Positions 1 to 10,079 of a stretch of 64,000 bases of DNA are shown here, piece by piece. The translations under genes were made by a program, and so were the position numbers. Every line of letters begins with the position of its first letter. Position 1 is the stretch's first letter. This DNA is from Ostreococcus lucimarinus (Eukaryota): the NCBI GenBank assembly GCA_000092065.1, contig CP000583.1; one strand, given 5' to 3'. The notes under the pieces were generated by a model that made no database searches, was not told the DNA's origin, and worked only from the letters and a program-made list of their open reading frames with translations.

Positions 1-918
1 CCGGTTAAATTTCGCGCCGCCGCACAGTTCGGCGAACGCCTGCGCCTGTTTCGCCCTGCTCGACGCGCTCATGGCGCGCGTCGCGGCGCGGTGATCGAAG
101 ACGCGCGACTTCGATTCGTTCGAGCGTCGCCGCGGCGGCGGCGAGACGTCGCTTCGACGATCCGCGGCGCGATGTGGGCGACGCGGGGCGCGTCCGGCGC
201 GTCGCCAAAAATGTGTCATTCGCGCAATACCAGCTCGCGAGGCCGCGGCTGTCGCCGCGCGCCACCGAAAACGACGCGCGCGCGCGCGAAATAAACTCCG
301 CGAGGCGCTCGCGCGAATGCCGGCGACGTTCGCGCCGTCGAGCGGTGCGATCCCGCGCCGAACCATCGCGCGCAAACCATCGCACGTCGCCTCGAATGAT
401 GCAAAATCCATCATTCGGGCGCTTAAATCGCGTCCGAATTCGACGAAAAGTCGGGAAACGCTGGAGCACGAAAAGTTCTGACCGTCGGCGCGAAGAGCAT
501 AAAGAAACCAAGCGATACCGGGGGTTCCTGACGTCTTCCGACATCGGTACTTATCCGGCCCACGCGGTCTTAACTGAGAAGTTCCGATGGGTTTCTGTGA
601 TTTTCCGCGGGTGTGGTCGCTTGATAACACCATGATACGCACGACCCTTTAGCCGCGCACCACGGGGGATTACGACGCGAAAGTTACGGGTACTTTTGAC
701 ACCATTTACGTACTGTAACACTCGAACCCCCATCATTCACAAAATGCACCCCTCCATTTATCGCTCCCCCCGCGCCGATCCGGTGATGGCGCTCGCGCCC
801 CTCTTCGTGCGCGCGTTCGCCCCGCGCGCGCGGTCGACGCGCGACCGCGCGCCGCGCGCGCGTCGACGTCGCGCGCGGCGTCCGCGCACCGCCGCGCGCC
901 GCTCGCGCGCGATCGGAC

Positions 919-1818
919 ATGTCGAACATCGCGCGCGCCGCGGCGCGCCCCGCGCCCCGAGACGCGCGCCGCGCGACGCGCGCGGCGCGCGCGGCGCCGC
1001 GCGGCGGCGGCGGCGGCGGCGAACCTCGGGCGTCGTGGTCGCCGCGCGCGTCGTCGCGCGCGCGACCGTCGCCGTTCAGCGCGCGCGCGCGCGGACGCGG
1101 ACGCGGATCGAGCGCGGACGCGGTGAGCGTGGACGCGCGCGTCGCGGCGCGGACGCGACGCGACGAGGACGAGGACGGGAGGGGGCGGGTCGTCGGCGCG
1201 AGACGACGCGCCGGCGCGGGAACGTCGGCGGTGGCGCTGGAACGGCGCGCGGACGCGGCGCGGCGGATGCGACGACGGAGGATTCGCGTGGCGCCGAGCG
1301 CGGGATCGCGGGACGACGACGACGCGGGATGGGATGAGGGACCGATCGGCGGCGACGAGGACGACGCGCGCTGGGGCGGGGCGCCGACGAAGTCGCGAGA
1401 GGACGACGGGGACGATTGGTTCGGAAGCATGACTTCGATGGACGTAGACGCGTATGGGGACGTAATGATGGGCGGTAAGCGTTCGAGCGGGTCGACGGCG
1501 TCGTCCGCCGCCGATGACATCATCGACGGCGCGAACGACTGGTTCAACAACAACGACGACTGGTTCGAGCCGCAGTACAAGGAAGTGAACGCGCCGCCGG
1601 GAACGATGCTGGAAAAGGTTCAACGCATGACTCTGAACGAACCGTCGGACTTTAGCTTCAAGGATGGGGAGTATTTTGACTTGATGGGATACGTCAAGCA
1701 CAAGACGGATAACGAGTTTTGCTTGGTGCTCGAGGTGGCGGAACGCGCGCGAGAACGCAAGCTCGAAAGATCCGAGAGTTTAAGCGGCACCGGGCCGCGT
1801 TTGCCCCCGATTCAACAG
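919..1818 (+). CDS. Hypothetical protein, exon 1. The N-terminus is Arg/Ala/Gly-rich low complexity and the true start is uncertain. The exon ends in frame at CAACAG, directly before a GTACGT donor.
   Basis: ATG at 919. The ORF is open to 1830 and its last sense codons sit directly before GTACGT (1819-1824). The C-terminal part (DWFEPQYKEVNAPPGTMLEKVQRM...) looks like real coding sequence. Confidence 0.3.
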
Positions 1819-2018
1819 GTACGTTCGTAAGGCTCGATCGCAAGACTTTTCTTGGCGATGACGAAAAACGCATTGTGGAACACCGAGTCGCAAATCATGC
1901 GGACAAAACTGCGCCATCCATTTCCGTAGCCATTTCCGAGAGTTTTTGATTTACGATTCCCGCTTTTTGACGCGTTTCGAGACGACTGACGTGTTCGTAA
2001 CTTTTCACATTCATTCAG

Positions 2019-2297
2019 GCAATCGCGGATTTAGCGCTCGAGATCGAGTTGAGCGGAGGCAAGACGTCGGCGTACTTGGCGATGCGAGAAGCCGCCGATC
2101 GGGCGCGCTTGCGCTACGAGCTTCAACAGGCTTCGTGGTGTTGGGACAAGTACTCCGAAGACTCCATGCGCGCATTGGGTGTGAGTGAAAAGGCGGAGCA
2201 GATGCTGCACCAAGGCGAGCGCATCGACGAAGCTATGGATTTCGAGCGGGAACTCATGATTGAGGACATGAACGACTCGGGCACTCGACGATTCTAA
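2019..2297 (+). CDS. Hypothetical protein, exon 2. It joins exon 1 in frame after a putative 200-nt intron (1819-2018) that has a CATTCAG acceptor and a GACTGAC branch-like motif.
   Basis: The frame is continuous from 2019 (AIADLALEIELSGGKTSAYLAM...) to TAA at 2295-2297. The track ORF 2049..2297 begins at TTG, not ATG. Confidence 0.3.
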   Translation, partial: AIADLALEIELSGGKTSAYLAMREAADRARLRYELQQASWCWDKYSEDSMRALGVSEKAEQMLHQGERIDEAMDFERELMIEDMNDSGTRRF

Positions 2298-2355
2298 ACA
2301 CCGCGATGATTTCATTAAATTCTTTGTTGTACCAGCATCATTTTTCATACAATCT

Positions 2356-5300
2356 TCATTCATTCTCTTTTTCTATGCGCGCATACATTTCGGCGATGTT
2401 TTCCTTACCCCCGACGACCGATTCCTCGTTAAAAGTTTTCCACGACGCGACGCTCGCCGACCCTGCGTGCTCGTTGATCGAGTACACCAATCGCAGAGCG
2501 CTGCGAAGTAAATCGTTGTTACGATCAATTTCTTGCTGCACCGCGTCACTCTTCACGCGCGCGGTGAACGTCTTCACCAGCGGTTCGCAAAATGCGTCCA
2601 AGTTCGCGAGCACAGCGTCCGCCGAGTTGGGCGCGACGCCGGCGCTCAACTTGCGCAGCGCCGCGTGCGCGAGCATCTTGATGTCGTAATGATCACCAAG
2701 CCCGCTCGCGAGGGCTACGACGACGTCACGCGCATTCACTAAACCGCCACACGAGTCCAAAATGGTATTAACGCATTCAAACGCGGATTTTCGGCACTCC
2801 AAGCCATCGTCGACGGTGTGCTTGAAGGCGCCGAGATCGATGACGCGAACGAGCTCCGTCGCGATGGCTGTCTGTTCAAGCAGCTTTGGTAAAACATCGG
2901 AAAGAAGAGGCGTGATGAGCGTGCTCTCGCGATGAATCACAGCAGTGAGCGTTTTTATCACCGAAGTTCGCACGTTTACGTCCTCATCCGATATGGCGCC
3001 CATGAACTCTGGCAATCGCAACTCGCTTCGGATCTTCGTGAGCTCGCCCTTTTCGCTCGCCAACACGGCGAATTTTATCGCAGAGATGAGCGTCGCCTTT
3101 TCGAGGGGCGACGCGCTCACGGCGAATCTTTTGTGTACGTCTTGTATGAGCTTGCTCGGATTTGACGCCGCCAATCTGCCGAGGCACTCGGCGACGACGT
3201 TTCGCACGCCTTCCTCCTCCGAACTCGCGGTGCCGTACAAAATCGTCAACACTTTACTCGCCTCGTCTTCGGTCAAGTTTCCGACGACGATAACCTCGCG
3301 AAGCGCCTGAAGAAGCGAGTACTGATGCTCCATAGAATCGCTCTCGAGCTTTGACACGATGAGCGGGAGATATTTCGCACGATTTCCTACGGCGACTCGC
3401 CCGAGCGTCAACGCGGACGCGCCCTTGACTTCGTCTCCGTAGCTATCGAAAGCGGAAAACAAAATGGTTTCTAATTCTTTATCAGCCGAAAGATCGGTCA
3501 AACGACCGATTTCGCCGATGCAAAGTAGCGTGTACACAGCCTCGATTCCACTGACTCCTTGGAGTTTGGCTAGCAGCGTCGACATGGTTTGCTTTATCGC
3601 CGCCGCGGCGACGCATGCGGCGGCGACGCACTTGGCTAAACTGTGCGCCACGAACTGACTATCGACGGACTGAATGTCTTTCGTGTCGGATAAAGCCTCG
3701 AAGAGAGATTCAAAATTCACCACACCGGCAAGAATGAGATTCTTATAGAGCTCTTGAAGCGATTTCAAAGTCTGTCTCTGCACCAACGGCGACCGCGTGA
3801 GCTTGAGCGCGAGTGGCATCGTCGACTTCGCCGTCTCCTGAGTCGCCTTGGGGAAGACGCTGGCGGCGGCTACGATTGTGGTTAAAAGTCCAACAGAAAG
3901 CGTAGCAAGATGCAAGTCTTCTTCGCTCAAGAGAGTCGACGCTTCGACGACGATGGGGACGACGTCGGGATCTTGTAACGCCGCGCGATGCGATGAAATC
4001 AACGCCGTGAGCGCCGCGAGCGCACTCTCGCGTAAGGATTTATTCGCCTTGCGCAGGAAAGTCGTGAGCTCGCTCGTCATCGCAGCCGCAACGGCAGAGA
4101 GATCCATTGGCCGAGAAGATCCCGCGATCATGGCGAACGCACGCACAGCAGGTAAACGAGTCGTCTCGTTTCGCGAACGTTCGAGGAGCAATCCGAGCGC
4201 TCGCGATTGATCCTGAGTGTTGATGTGATCGTTCAGCGTGGCCAGAATTACCGCCGAAGCGTGAATCGCAGCTTCTTTGACGTCTTGGTCTTCATCACTC
4301 GCGTCGAGCTTGGTGAGAACTGCATCTAGTAATGACTTGATTTGACTTGCGTTTTCGGCGGACACCGCTCCCGTGTCTTCTCGGCGCAACACAGAAACCA
4401 CAGCGGCGCACGCGCGCAACGCCTCGGTGACAAGTTTGTAATACTTGTCGGTACAGGCGGCAAAAATTTGCGGCAATAAATCTCGCACGTATGGCTCTAG
4501 GATCTCCAAGTTATTCGGCTTGCAAACACTGCAAACAAACGCGAGCGCCTCAATTCGAGCCGAACTTCCACACGCCTTGTCGCCGACGCAACGTTGGACG
4601 ATGTTCATCAACGAGCTTCGAATTTCTGCGTCCGAGATGTCGGAAAGTATGCTAGGAAACACCGATGCGAGAGAGCTCAGGAGCGCGAACGCCGCAACCT
4701 GCGTCTTAGGCGACTTTGAAGCCGATTCTCGAATGATGATTCGAATGACATCCGTCGTCGTCTCTCTCAACTTGGCGCTCATCTTGGACTCTGGATCGTG
4801 TTCGCGGAATTTTGCACCCACTCGAACGATGTCGCCGATGACAGAAAACACATCCAGTTGCACGCTCGGCTCACGATCCTTCGTTCGCGCGAGAAGTTTG
4901 CTCATGACGTCGTCGTAGTGCTCCGACAGCGTCGGCTCGGACGCGACGCCGACGAGGGCGCTAAGCATTTTCGCAGCCGCGCGACGAACTTTCCAGCTCT
5001 CGTCGTCGTCATCGTTGTATTCATCGTCGTCGCTATACACATCCTCATCTTCGTCTTCGTAAGTATCCATGTCTTCCGTTTCGTCGTCGTCAAAATTTGG
5101 ATCGTACGAGATGTACTTGAGCGCGCACGCAAAGCGTGCGGCTGTGCCCTCATCGCCTTGCACGTTCGCTGGACACGAAGAAACGACGTTATCGATCGCT
5201 TGAAGCGCACCCTCTATGTTCACGATCACCTCCTCGTCGTACTCGTCCGTGGAAGATTCGCAAACGCGAAGTAATAAAGGCATCACCTCGTTCACGTACT

Positions 5301-6060
5301 CGCCAAAGCGATAGCCGAGCGCGCGCGCGGTGGCGCCCAAGACAAACGTGTGCAAGTCACTCTTCCCTTTCTTTGCCGCAACCTTATCTTTCAACACTTC
5401 CATCACCATATTCACCGTCTGATTGAGCATGTCATCCTTCATGAACGTCGCCAAGAGCGCCAAACACTGCGCCGCGCGTTTACGCGTCCCCGACTTGCCG
5501 TGTTCCAAATGTTTCAACAACGTCTCTTGCAACTTTGCGCTGTGCTCTTCACTCAATCTCGCGTGCGGCATCTCACTGAGCACCGTCATCATGACGTGCA
5601 ACACATCCACGGCCTCCGCGGCGACGTTCATCTCATCCGCCGTCGCGCCCGCGCGCGCCGCCGTCGCCACGTGCGTCGCCAACGCCGGCGCGCACGTTCC
5701 CAAAACGCCCTCTCTCGCCCCCCCCTCGAACCCACCGATCTCCCGCACGATCGTCTTCAGGCACATGCACGCCGCGTCTCGCTTCGCCGCGTCCTTTTTC
5801 TCCCCCACGCTCGCGCACAGCGCTCTCGTCGTTCGCTCCGCCGTCGTCGTCTCGCCTCTTCGCGCGATCGCCGCCGCGCACTTCATCGCCAGTCCCGCCA
5901 CGTCCGCCGCCTGATCGAACACCGCCTTGAGCACCGCGTCCATCGCGCTCTCCTCCGTCTCGCGCGACGGGAACTTATCGAACGATTCTCGCGTCACCTC
6001 TCGCAGCAGGTCCGAGCACGCCATGTACCTGTAATCTGCCGCGTCGTCGTCGTCAGTCAT
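2356..6060 (-). CDS. CAND1: Cullin-associated NEDD8-dissociated protein 1 (CAND1/TIP120), a HEAT-repeat protein of about 1234 aa.
   Basis: Starts MTDDDDAADYRYMACSDLLREVTRESFDKF, matching the CAND1 N-terminal FRFMATNDLMTEL signature. It is HEAT-repeat-rich throughout with an internal acidic insert, and the length fits CAND1. The ATG (forward cat at 6058-6060) was verified; the track ORF continues upstream through Arg-rich junk. Confidence 0.85.
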   Translation of the reverse strand: MTDDDDAADYRYMACSDLLREVTRESFDKFPSRETEESAMDAVLKAVFDQAADVAGLAMKCAAAIARRGETTTAERTTRALCASVGEKKDAAKRDAACMCLKTIVREIGGFEGGAREGVLGTCAPALATHVATAARAGATADEMNVAAEAVDVLHVMMTVLSEMPHARLSEEHSAKLQETLLKHLEHGKSGTRKRAAQCLALLATFMKDDMLNQTVNMVMEVLKDKVAAKKGKSDLHTFVLGATARALGYRFGEYVNEVMPLLLRVCESSTDEYDEEVIVNIEGALQAIDNVVSSCPANVQGDEGTAARFACALKYISYDPNFDDDETEDMDTYEDEDEDVYSDDDEYNDDDDESWKVRRAAAKMLSALVGVASEPTLSEHYDDVMSKLLARTKDREPSVQLDVFSVIGDIVRVGAKFREHDPESKMSAKLRETTTDVIRIIIRESASKSPKTQVAAFALLSSLASVFPSILSDISDAEIRSSLMNIVQRCVGDKACGSSARIEALAFVCSVCKPNNLEILEPYVRDLLPQIFAACTDKYYKLVTEALRACAAVVSVLRREDTGAVSAENASQIKSLLDAVLTKLDASDEDQDVKEAAIHASAVILATLNDHINTQDQSRALGLLLERSRNETTRLPAVRAFAMIAGSSRPMDLSAVAAAMTSELTTFLRKANKSLRESALAALTALISSHRAALQDPDVVPIVVEASTLLSEEDLHLATLSVGLLTTIVAAASVFPKATQETAKSTMPLALKLTRSPLVQRQTLKSLQELYKNLILAGVVNFESLFEALSDTKDIQSVDSQFVAHSLAKCVAAACVAAAAIKQTMSTLLAKLQGVSGIEAVYTLLCIGEIGRLTDLSADKELETILFSAFDSYGDEVKGASALTLGRVAVGNRAKYLPLIVSKLESDSMEHQYSLLQALREVIVVGNLTEDEASKVLTILYGTASSEEEGVRNVVAECLGRLAASNPSKLIQDVHKRFAVSASPLEKATLISAIKFAVLASEKGELTKIRSELRLPEFMGAISDEDVNVRTSVIKTLTAVIHRESTLITPLLSDVLPKLLEQTAIATELVRVIDLGAFKHTVDDGLECRKSAFECVNTILDSCGGLVNARDVVVALASGLGDHYDIKMLAHAALRKLSAGVAPNSADAVLANLDAFCEPLVKTFTARVKSDAVQQEIDRNNDLLRSALRLVYSINEHAGSASVASWKTFNEESVVGGKENIAEMYARIEKENE

Positions 6061-6357
6061 CGCGCTCGACGCGTCGCGTCGCGCGTCGTCCCGCACCCTT
6101 ATCCGGCGACTGCATCTTCGACAGCGCCTGCGCGAGCGTGCCGCGCGCGGCGGCGGACGCCATCGCGTCGCGATGTCGCGACGCGATGGCGTCGTCGTCG
6201 TCGTCGCGGGCGTGGTGCGCGTGTGCGGACGGGATTTTGTGAATGTATCGAAAAACCAATCCTCTTTTCGGCCTCGCGGCGTCCCCATTCGCGCGCGCGC
6301 ATGACGCCCGCGTGCGCGTCCGTCGCGCGATCGCACGGCGCGCGGTGCACGGCGTCG

Positions 6358-7983
6358 ATGGCGCTCGCGTCCTCCTCCGCGTCGCCGCGCGCGACGACGG
6401 CGGGGGCGGCGGTGCCGTGCGGCGGCGCGCGCCGCGCGCGAGGTCCAGCGGTGGTGGCGCGACGGGCGCCGACGGTGCGGCGAGTCGCGACGCGCGCGAC
6501 GGTGGACGAGGACGCGCCGAAGTACCAATTGATCACGTTCTTTCGATTCGCCGCGATCGAGGACCCGGTGGCGGAGGTGGAGCGGCATCGCGCGCACATC
6601 GAGCGACGGGGCTGGGAACTGCGAGGACGGATATACGTCAACGAGCAAGGCATTAACGCACAGATGTCTGGACGAGGGCGAGAGGGAGAGGAGTACGCGC
6701 AATGGGTCGAGAGCGACGCGCGATTCGCTGGGATGCGGATATCGGTGTATCCGATGGATGCTCAGGCGCACCCGAGACTGGCGTTGCGATACAAACCCAA
6801 CTTGGTGCAACTCGAGGGAGGGACGAATCATTTACCGTTGACCGATCGAGAGAAGCGCGCGAAGCCGTTGTCGCCGAAGGAGTGGCACGATAATCTCATC
6901 AAGGTGAACTCGGGCGCGGAAGACGCGCCTTTGCTTTTGGATGTGAGAAACGGGTACGAGTGGGACGTCGGACATTTTCGCGGCGCCGAGAGACCGGTGC
7001 AAGAGTCTTTCAGGGAAACCGTCTATACGAACGTGCAAGACGGCTTAGGACCGCTGGCAAACGTGGATAAAGAAAAGCCGATCATGATGTACTGCACAGG
7101 TGGCATCCGATGCGACGTGTATTCTACAGTATTGCGAGAGCAAGGGTACAAGAACGTGATGACGCTCGAGGGCGGCGTGCAGGCGTACTTTGATGAGTAC
7201 GGCAAGCGCGATGATCAACTTTGGGATAACCATTTGTTTGTGTTCGACAGTCGACTCGCAATGGCCCCTGATGGACGTCCGAGCGCCGAGCTAGGCGAAG
7301 CAGCGGCGACTTTGCGATGTTACTGCTGTGGCGACAGTTCGGCGCCACCGCCGCACCGCAACTGCCCCAACGTCGATTGCAATAGGCTCTTCCTCGTGTG
7401 CAGTAAATGCACCGATAAGCTCGATGGATTTTGTTGCGAAGAATGCACGAAATCCGCGCACGTTCGACCGCAACTCGTCGTCCCTGGACGATATGAAAAG
7501 TATTCCAATTACGATACGCCTGAGAGTCGAGCGGCTCGCCGCGGTCCTGGTCGCTCTTTGAGAAAGGACAGACGCCGACAGCGGCGTAAACTCGAGCTCG
7601 CGGCGTATGTTCTCGAGAACATGACGAGCGCTGATGAAAGCCGGGCTCGTCTTGTGCACGCAACGGGTGGAACTTTCGCCGATCGCACGCGTAGCCTAGT
7701 CGATGCCAGTCGTGCCATTGTCGTCGAGGATGAGGATGACGACACTGAAGACGACGAGGAGTCCGATAGCGACTCTGGAGGTGAAGAAAATGAATATGGG
7801 AGGACTATAAACCCGGCGCTGAGTAGATATAGCAAGCAGCGCATCACGTTGCGCGAAGCGTACGCGTTGCTCGCCGAAGACGAGCGCACGCCGGAAAAAC
7901 TCGTTGAAGCTGCGGAACGCGTCGCGGAGGAACGAAAGCGAATGAAGCGCCTCGAACACGAAGAAACGACCGCGATGATGTAG
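6358..7983 (+). CDS. Rhodanese-domain protein related to the bacterial UPF0176/YceA (TrhO, tRNA U34 hydroxylase) family (TSTD2-like), with a Cys-rich C-terminal region and an acidic tail.
   Basis: YQLITFFRFAAIEDP...GRIYVNEQGINAQMSG...CTGGIRCDV has the YceA/rhodanese architecture. It is followed by CYCCGD...CPNVDCNRLFLVCSKC and an Asp/Glu-rich tail. In-frame ATGs lie at 6301 and 6358. It is divergent from CAND1. Confidence 0.7.
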   Translation: MALASSSASPRATTAGAAVPCGGARRARGPAVVARRAPTVRRVATRATVDEDAPKYQLITFFRFAAIEDPVAEVERHRAHIERRGWELRGRIYVNEQGINAQMSGRGREGEEYAQWVESDARFAGMRISVYPMDAQAHPRLALRYKPNLVQLEGGTNHLPLTDREKRAKPLSPKEWHDNLIKVNSGAEDAPLLLDVRNGYEWDVGHFRGAERPVQESFRETVYTNVQDGLGPLANVDKEKPIMMYCTGGIRCDVYSTVLREQGYKNVMTLEGGVQAYFDEYGKRDDQLWDNHLFVFDSRLAMAPDGRPSAELGEAAATLRCYCCGDSSAPPPHRNCPNVDCNRLFLVCSKCTDKLDGFCCEECTKSAHVRPQLVVPGRYEKYSNYDTPESRAARRGPGRSLRKDRRRQRRKLELAAYVLENMTSADESRARLVHATGGTFADRTRSLVDASRAIVVEDEDDDTEDDEESDSDSGGEENEYGRTINPALSRYSKQRITLREAYALLAEDERTPEKLVEAAERVAEERKRMKRLEHEETTAMM

Positions 7984-8207
7984 CTCAAATTGCGTACAGT
8001 TTAAATGATATTATTACCTGATAAATGAATGACGGAACAGTAAACGAATGATGTTATTGCGGTTGTGGAGACAACGACAAAGTGTGAAGTCAAAAATATT
8101 TTGAACTTGTGAACTTCTGTGAAGAGCTCTTGAATGCAATCAAGAGCTTCTCTTTATTTTATTGGTACGTAATATTCGTGGCAGTTTACACGCGTGCACG
8201 AGCGATC

Positions 8208-9692
8208 TTAAAAGTTCGCCAGATTCGCCGTCTGAAGCTGAACAGAAATGCTCAGCCTGCTCTTTCCGTTTTGAGACGCTCTTTGAGCGTCGCAAGCGTC
8301 GGAGTAACTTCGAAAGTTTATCACAGCGACGCCAGAACAAAGACCAGTCCAATCGTCGCGGACAATTTGGACGGAGTTGATAGCTCCGAACGGAGCAAAT
8401 GTTTTGTACAGGAATAATTCATCCGCAGCGGGTGGAAGATTTTGGATACACATCGTAGCGCCACCTTGCGCCATCGAAGTCGCCGACGCGAACTTTTGAT
8501 GGGATTGCATAGGAGCATCGAATTTATGCGAAGGGGACGAACCGAGCACCGCAAGCGCGGCAAAGTCGTCTCCGTCTTGCGGGCCAACACTGAGTAATTC
8601 AGTGAGACCGCTCTGGGAAGATATGCGGTTGAGATTCATACTCGAGCCGAGGACGTCGATCAACTCCCCCCCGTCGTGCGCGGAGTCGTCCGTGTTGTTC
8701 GACAGGCGCTGAGTATTCACGGGTACAACTTGCGTTGAACGTTTATTATTTTTTCCTTGCGCCTCGGCGTAGCGCACGACGAGTGGCGGCCCATTGGGGA
8801 CGAGCAAGCGCCCGTTGGCGCGCGTGACCGCCGCCGTGGCTTCGGACTCGCGCAAAAATCGAATCAACGCCCCGCTCGACGTGCTCCTGTTTGCGTGGAG
8901 CAAACGGCACTCAACAATGTGCCCAAAATGCGTAAAAAATGCCTTCAGATCATCGTGCGTCCAAGAAGGGGGCAGACCTTTGACGTAGACGTTATCACTC
9001 GGCGGCGCGTTTGCCGCGCCCCCCGCGCCGTCGCTCTCGCCGTCGGTGTTCGCGAATTTCACCTCGAGCATCTTTCCCGCGTATTCCTTACCGTTGAATC
9101 GCTCGATCGCGTCCTCAGCGCGCGCCGTGCTGACAAACTTAACGAACCCAAATCCTCGACTCTTATTCGTCGACACATCGCGAATGACGCAGCACGATTG
9201 CACCTCCCCGCACGCCTCGAAGAGCCTTCGAAGCGTCAACTCGTCGACGCGTTCGGAGATGTTCTTCACGTACAAATTCGCGTGTTTCCTCGACGACGAC
9301 GGCGTCGTCGCCGCGTAACCTTGACCATCAGAGTACATCATCGAACGCGTCCCGCGCGCGTGCCCCCCCCCGCCTCCGCGCTCGCGATCCTCCGAGCTCG
9401 TCGGCGACCCCCCTCGCGCCGAATCTCGCGACCGCGCGCTCGATTGCGAATCGCACGACCCCACCCCGAACCCGTACGTCGTCACCGGCCCTCCCGTCGG
9501 CGCCGGCACCGATCGCACGTCGCTCCTCGCGCGCGCGCTCGCCCGCGCGTCGCCGCCCTCGCGCGCGGGATCGCTCGTCCAGAGCCCGCGCGCGCCGCTC
9601 CAACCGCTCGGCGCCCCCTCGCATTCTTCCGTTCCGAAAACGTTCCCGCGCGTCGCGCGCGCGCGCGCGTCGTCGCGCGCGAGCGTCGCCAT
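8208..9692 (-). CDS. RNA-binding protein with three RRM domains (CELF/Bruno-like arrangement).
   Basis: RRM1 is LYVKNISERVDELTLRRLFEACGEVQSCCVIRDVSTNKSRGFGFVKF, RRM2 is VYVKGLPPSWTHDDLKAFFTHFGHIVECRLL, and RRM3 is MCIQNLPPAADELFLYKTFAPFGAINSVQIVRDDWTG. ATG chosen at 9692 (MATLARDD); the upstream track ORF is Arg-rich junk. Confidence 0.7.
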   Translation of the reverse strand: MATLARDDARARATRGNVFGTEECEGAPSGWSGARGLWTSDPAREGGDARASARARSDVRSVPAPTGGPVTTYGFGVGSCDSQSSARSRDSARGGSPTSSEDRERGGGGGHARGTRSMMYSDGQGYAATTPSSSRKHANLYVKNISERVDELTLRRLFEACGEVQSCCVIRDVSTNKSRGFGFVKFVSTARAEDAIERFNGKEYAGKMLEVKFANTDGESDGAGGAANAPPSDNVYVKGLPPSWTHDDLKAFFTHFGHIVECRLLHANRSTSSGALIRFLRESEATAAVTRANGRLLVPNGPPLVVRYAEAQGKNNKRSTQVVPVNTQRLSNNTDDSAHDGGELIDVLGSSMNLNRISSQSGLTELLSVGPQDGDDFAALAVLGSSPSHKFDAPMQSHQKFASATSMAQGGATMCIQNLPPAADELFLYKTFAPFGAINSVQIVRDDWTGLCSGVAVINFRSYSDACDAQRASQNGKSRLSISVQLQTANLANF

Positions 9693-10079
9693 CGCGCGTC
9701 GTCGCGCGCTCGTCCCTCTCGCGGCGACGCCGCGCGCGCGCGCGCTCGCGTCGTCGTCGTCGCGCGCGCGTGTGCGGCGACGCGCGATGGCGCGTGACGT
9801 CGGTCGACGCCGCGAAGCGTCACTTTCGCTGAAAAGTCGCGGGGCGTCGCGGGGGGGGGCGCGATGGCGTTCGCGGGCGCTCGAATGCGAGGTCGATCGC
9901 GTCGCGGGGGGTTTATTTCGAATGGCTCGTCCGTGGGTCGTGACTCGAGATGAGAAGGGTCGGGAGCCGCCGACGATCGCGGTCGGTCGCCGCCGCGCGC
10001 GCGGCGATCGCGGCGGCGCGCGCGCGCGGCGGCGGACGCGGCAGAGCGCGACGACGGCGCGGTGACGGACGCGCGAGGG

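Noticed and set aside
5-700. ORFs 5..544(-), 91..294(+) and 174..635(+) at the left edge.
   Set aside because: They are Arg-rich low-complexity translations with no domain. The region is more likely spacer or UTR; only the weak snoRNA-like pattern is reported as a finding.
6053-6059. A GTCAGTC (reverse complement GACTGAC) branch-like motif at the CAND1 5' end.
   Set aside because: It is simply the coding sequence ATG-ACT-GAC-GAC (MTDD) of the CAND1 start, not an intron signal. The hit at 31783 is likewise the NDUFS6 stop context.
10062-10064. Track ORF start codons shown as M at 10062, 2049, 15411, 26902, 18141, 24424, 50993, 55098 and 63938.
   Set aside because: Reading the DNA shows these are GTG or TTG, which are not valid eukaryotic initiators. 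Starts were moved to the first in-frame ATG, or explained by splicing, as for 15411 and 2049.
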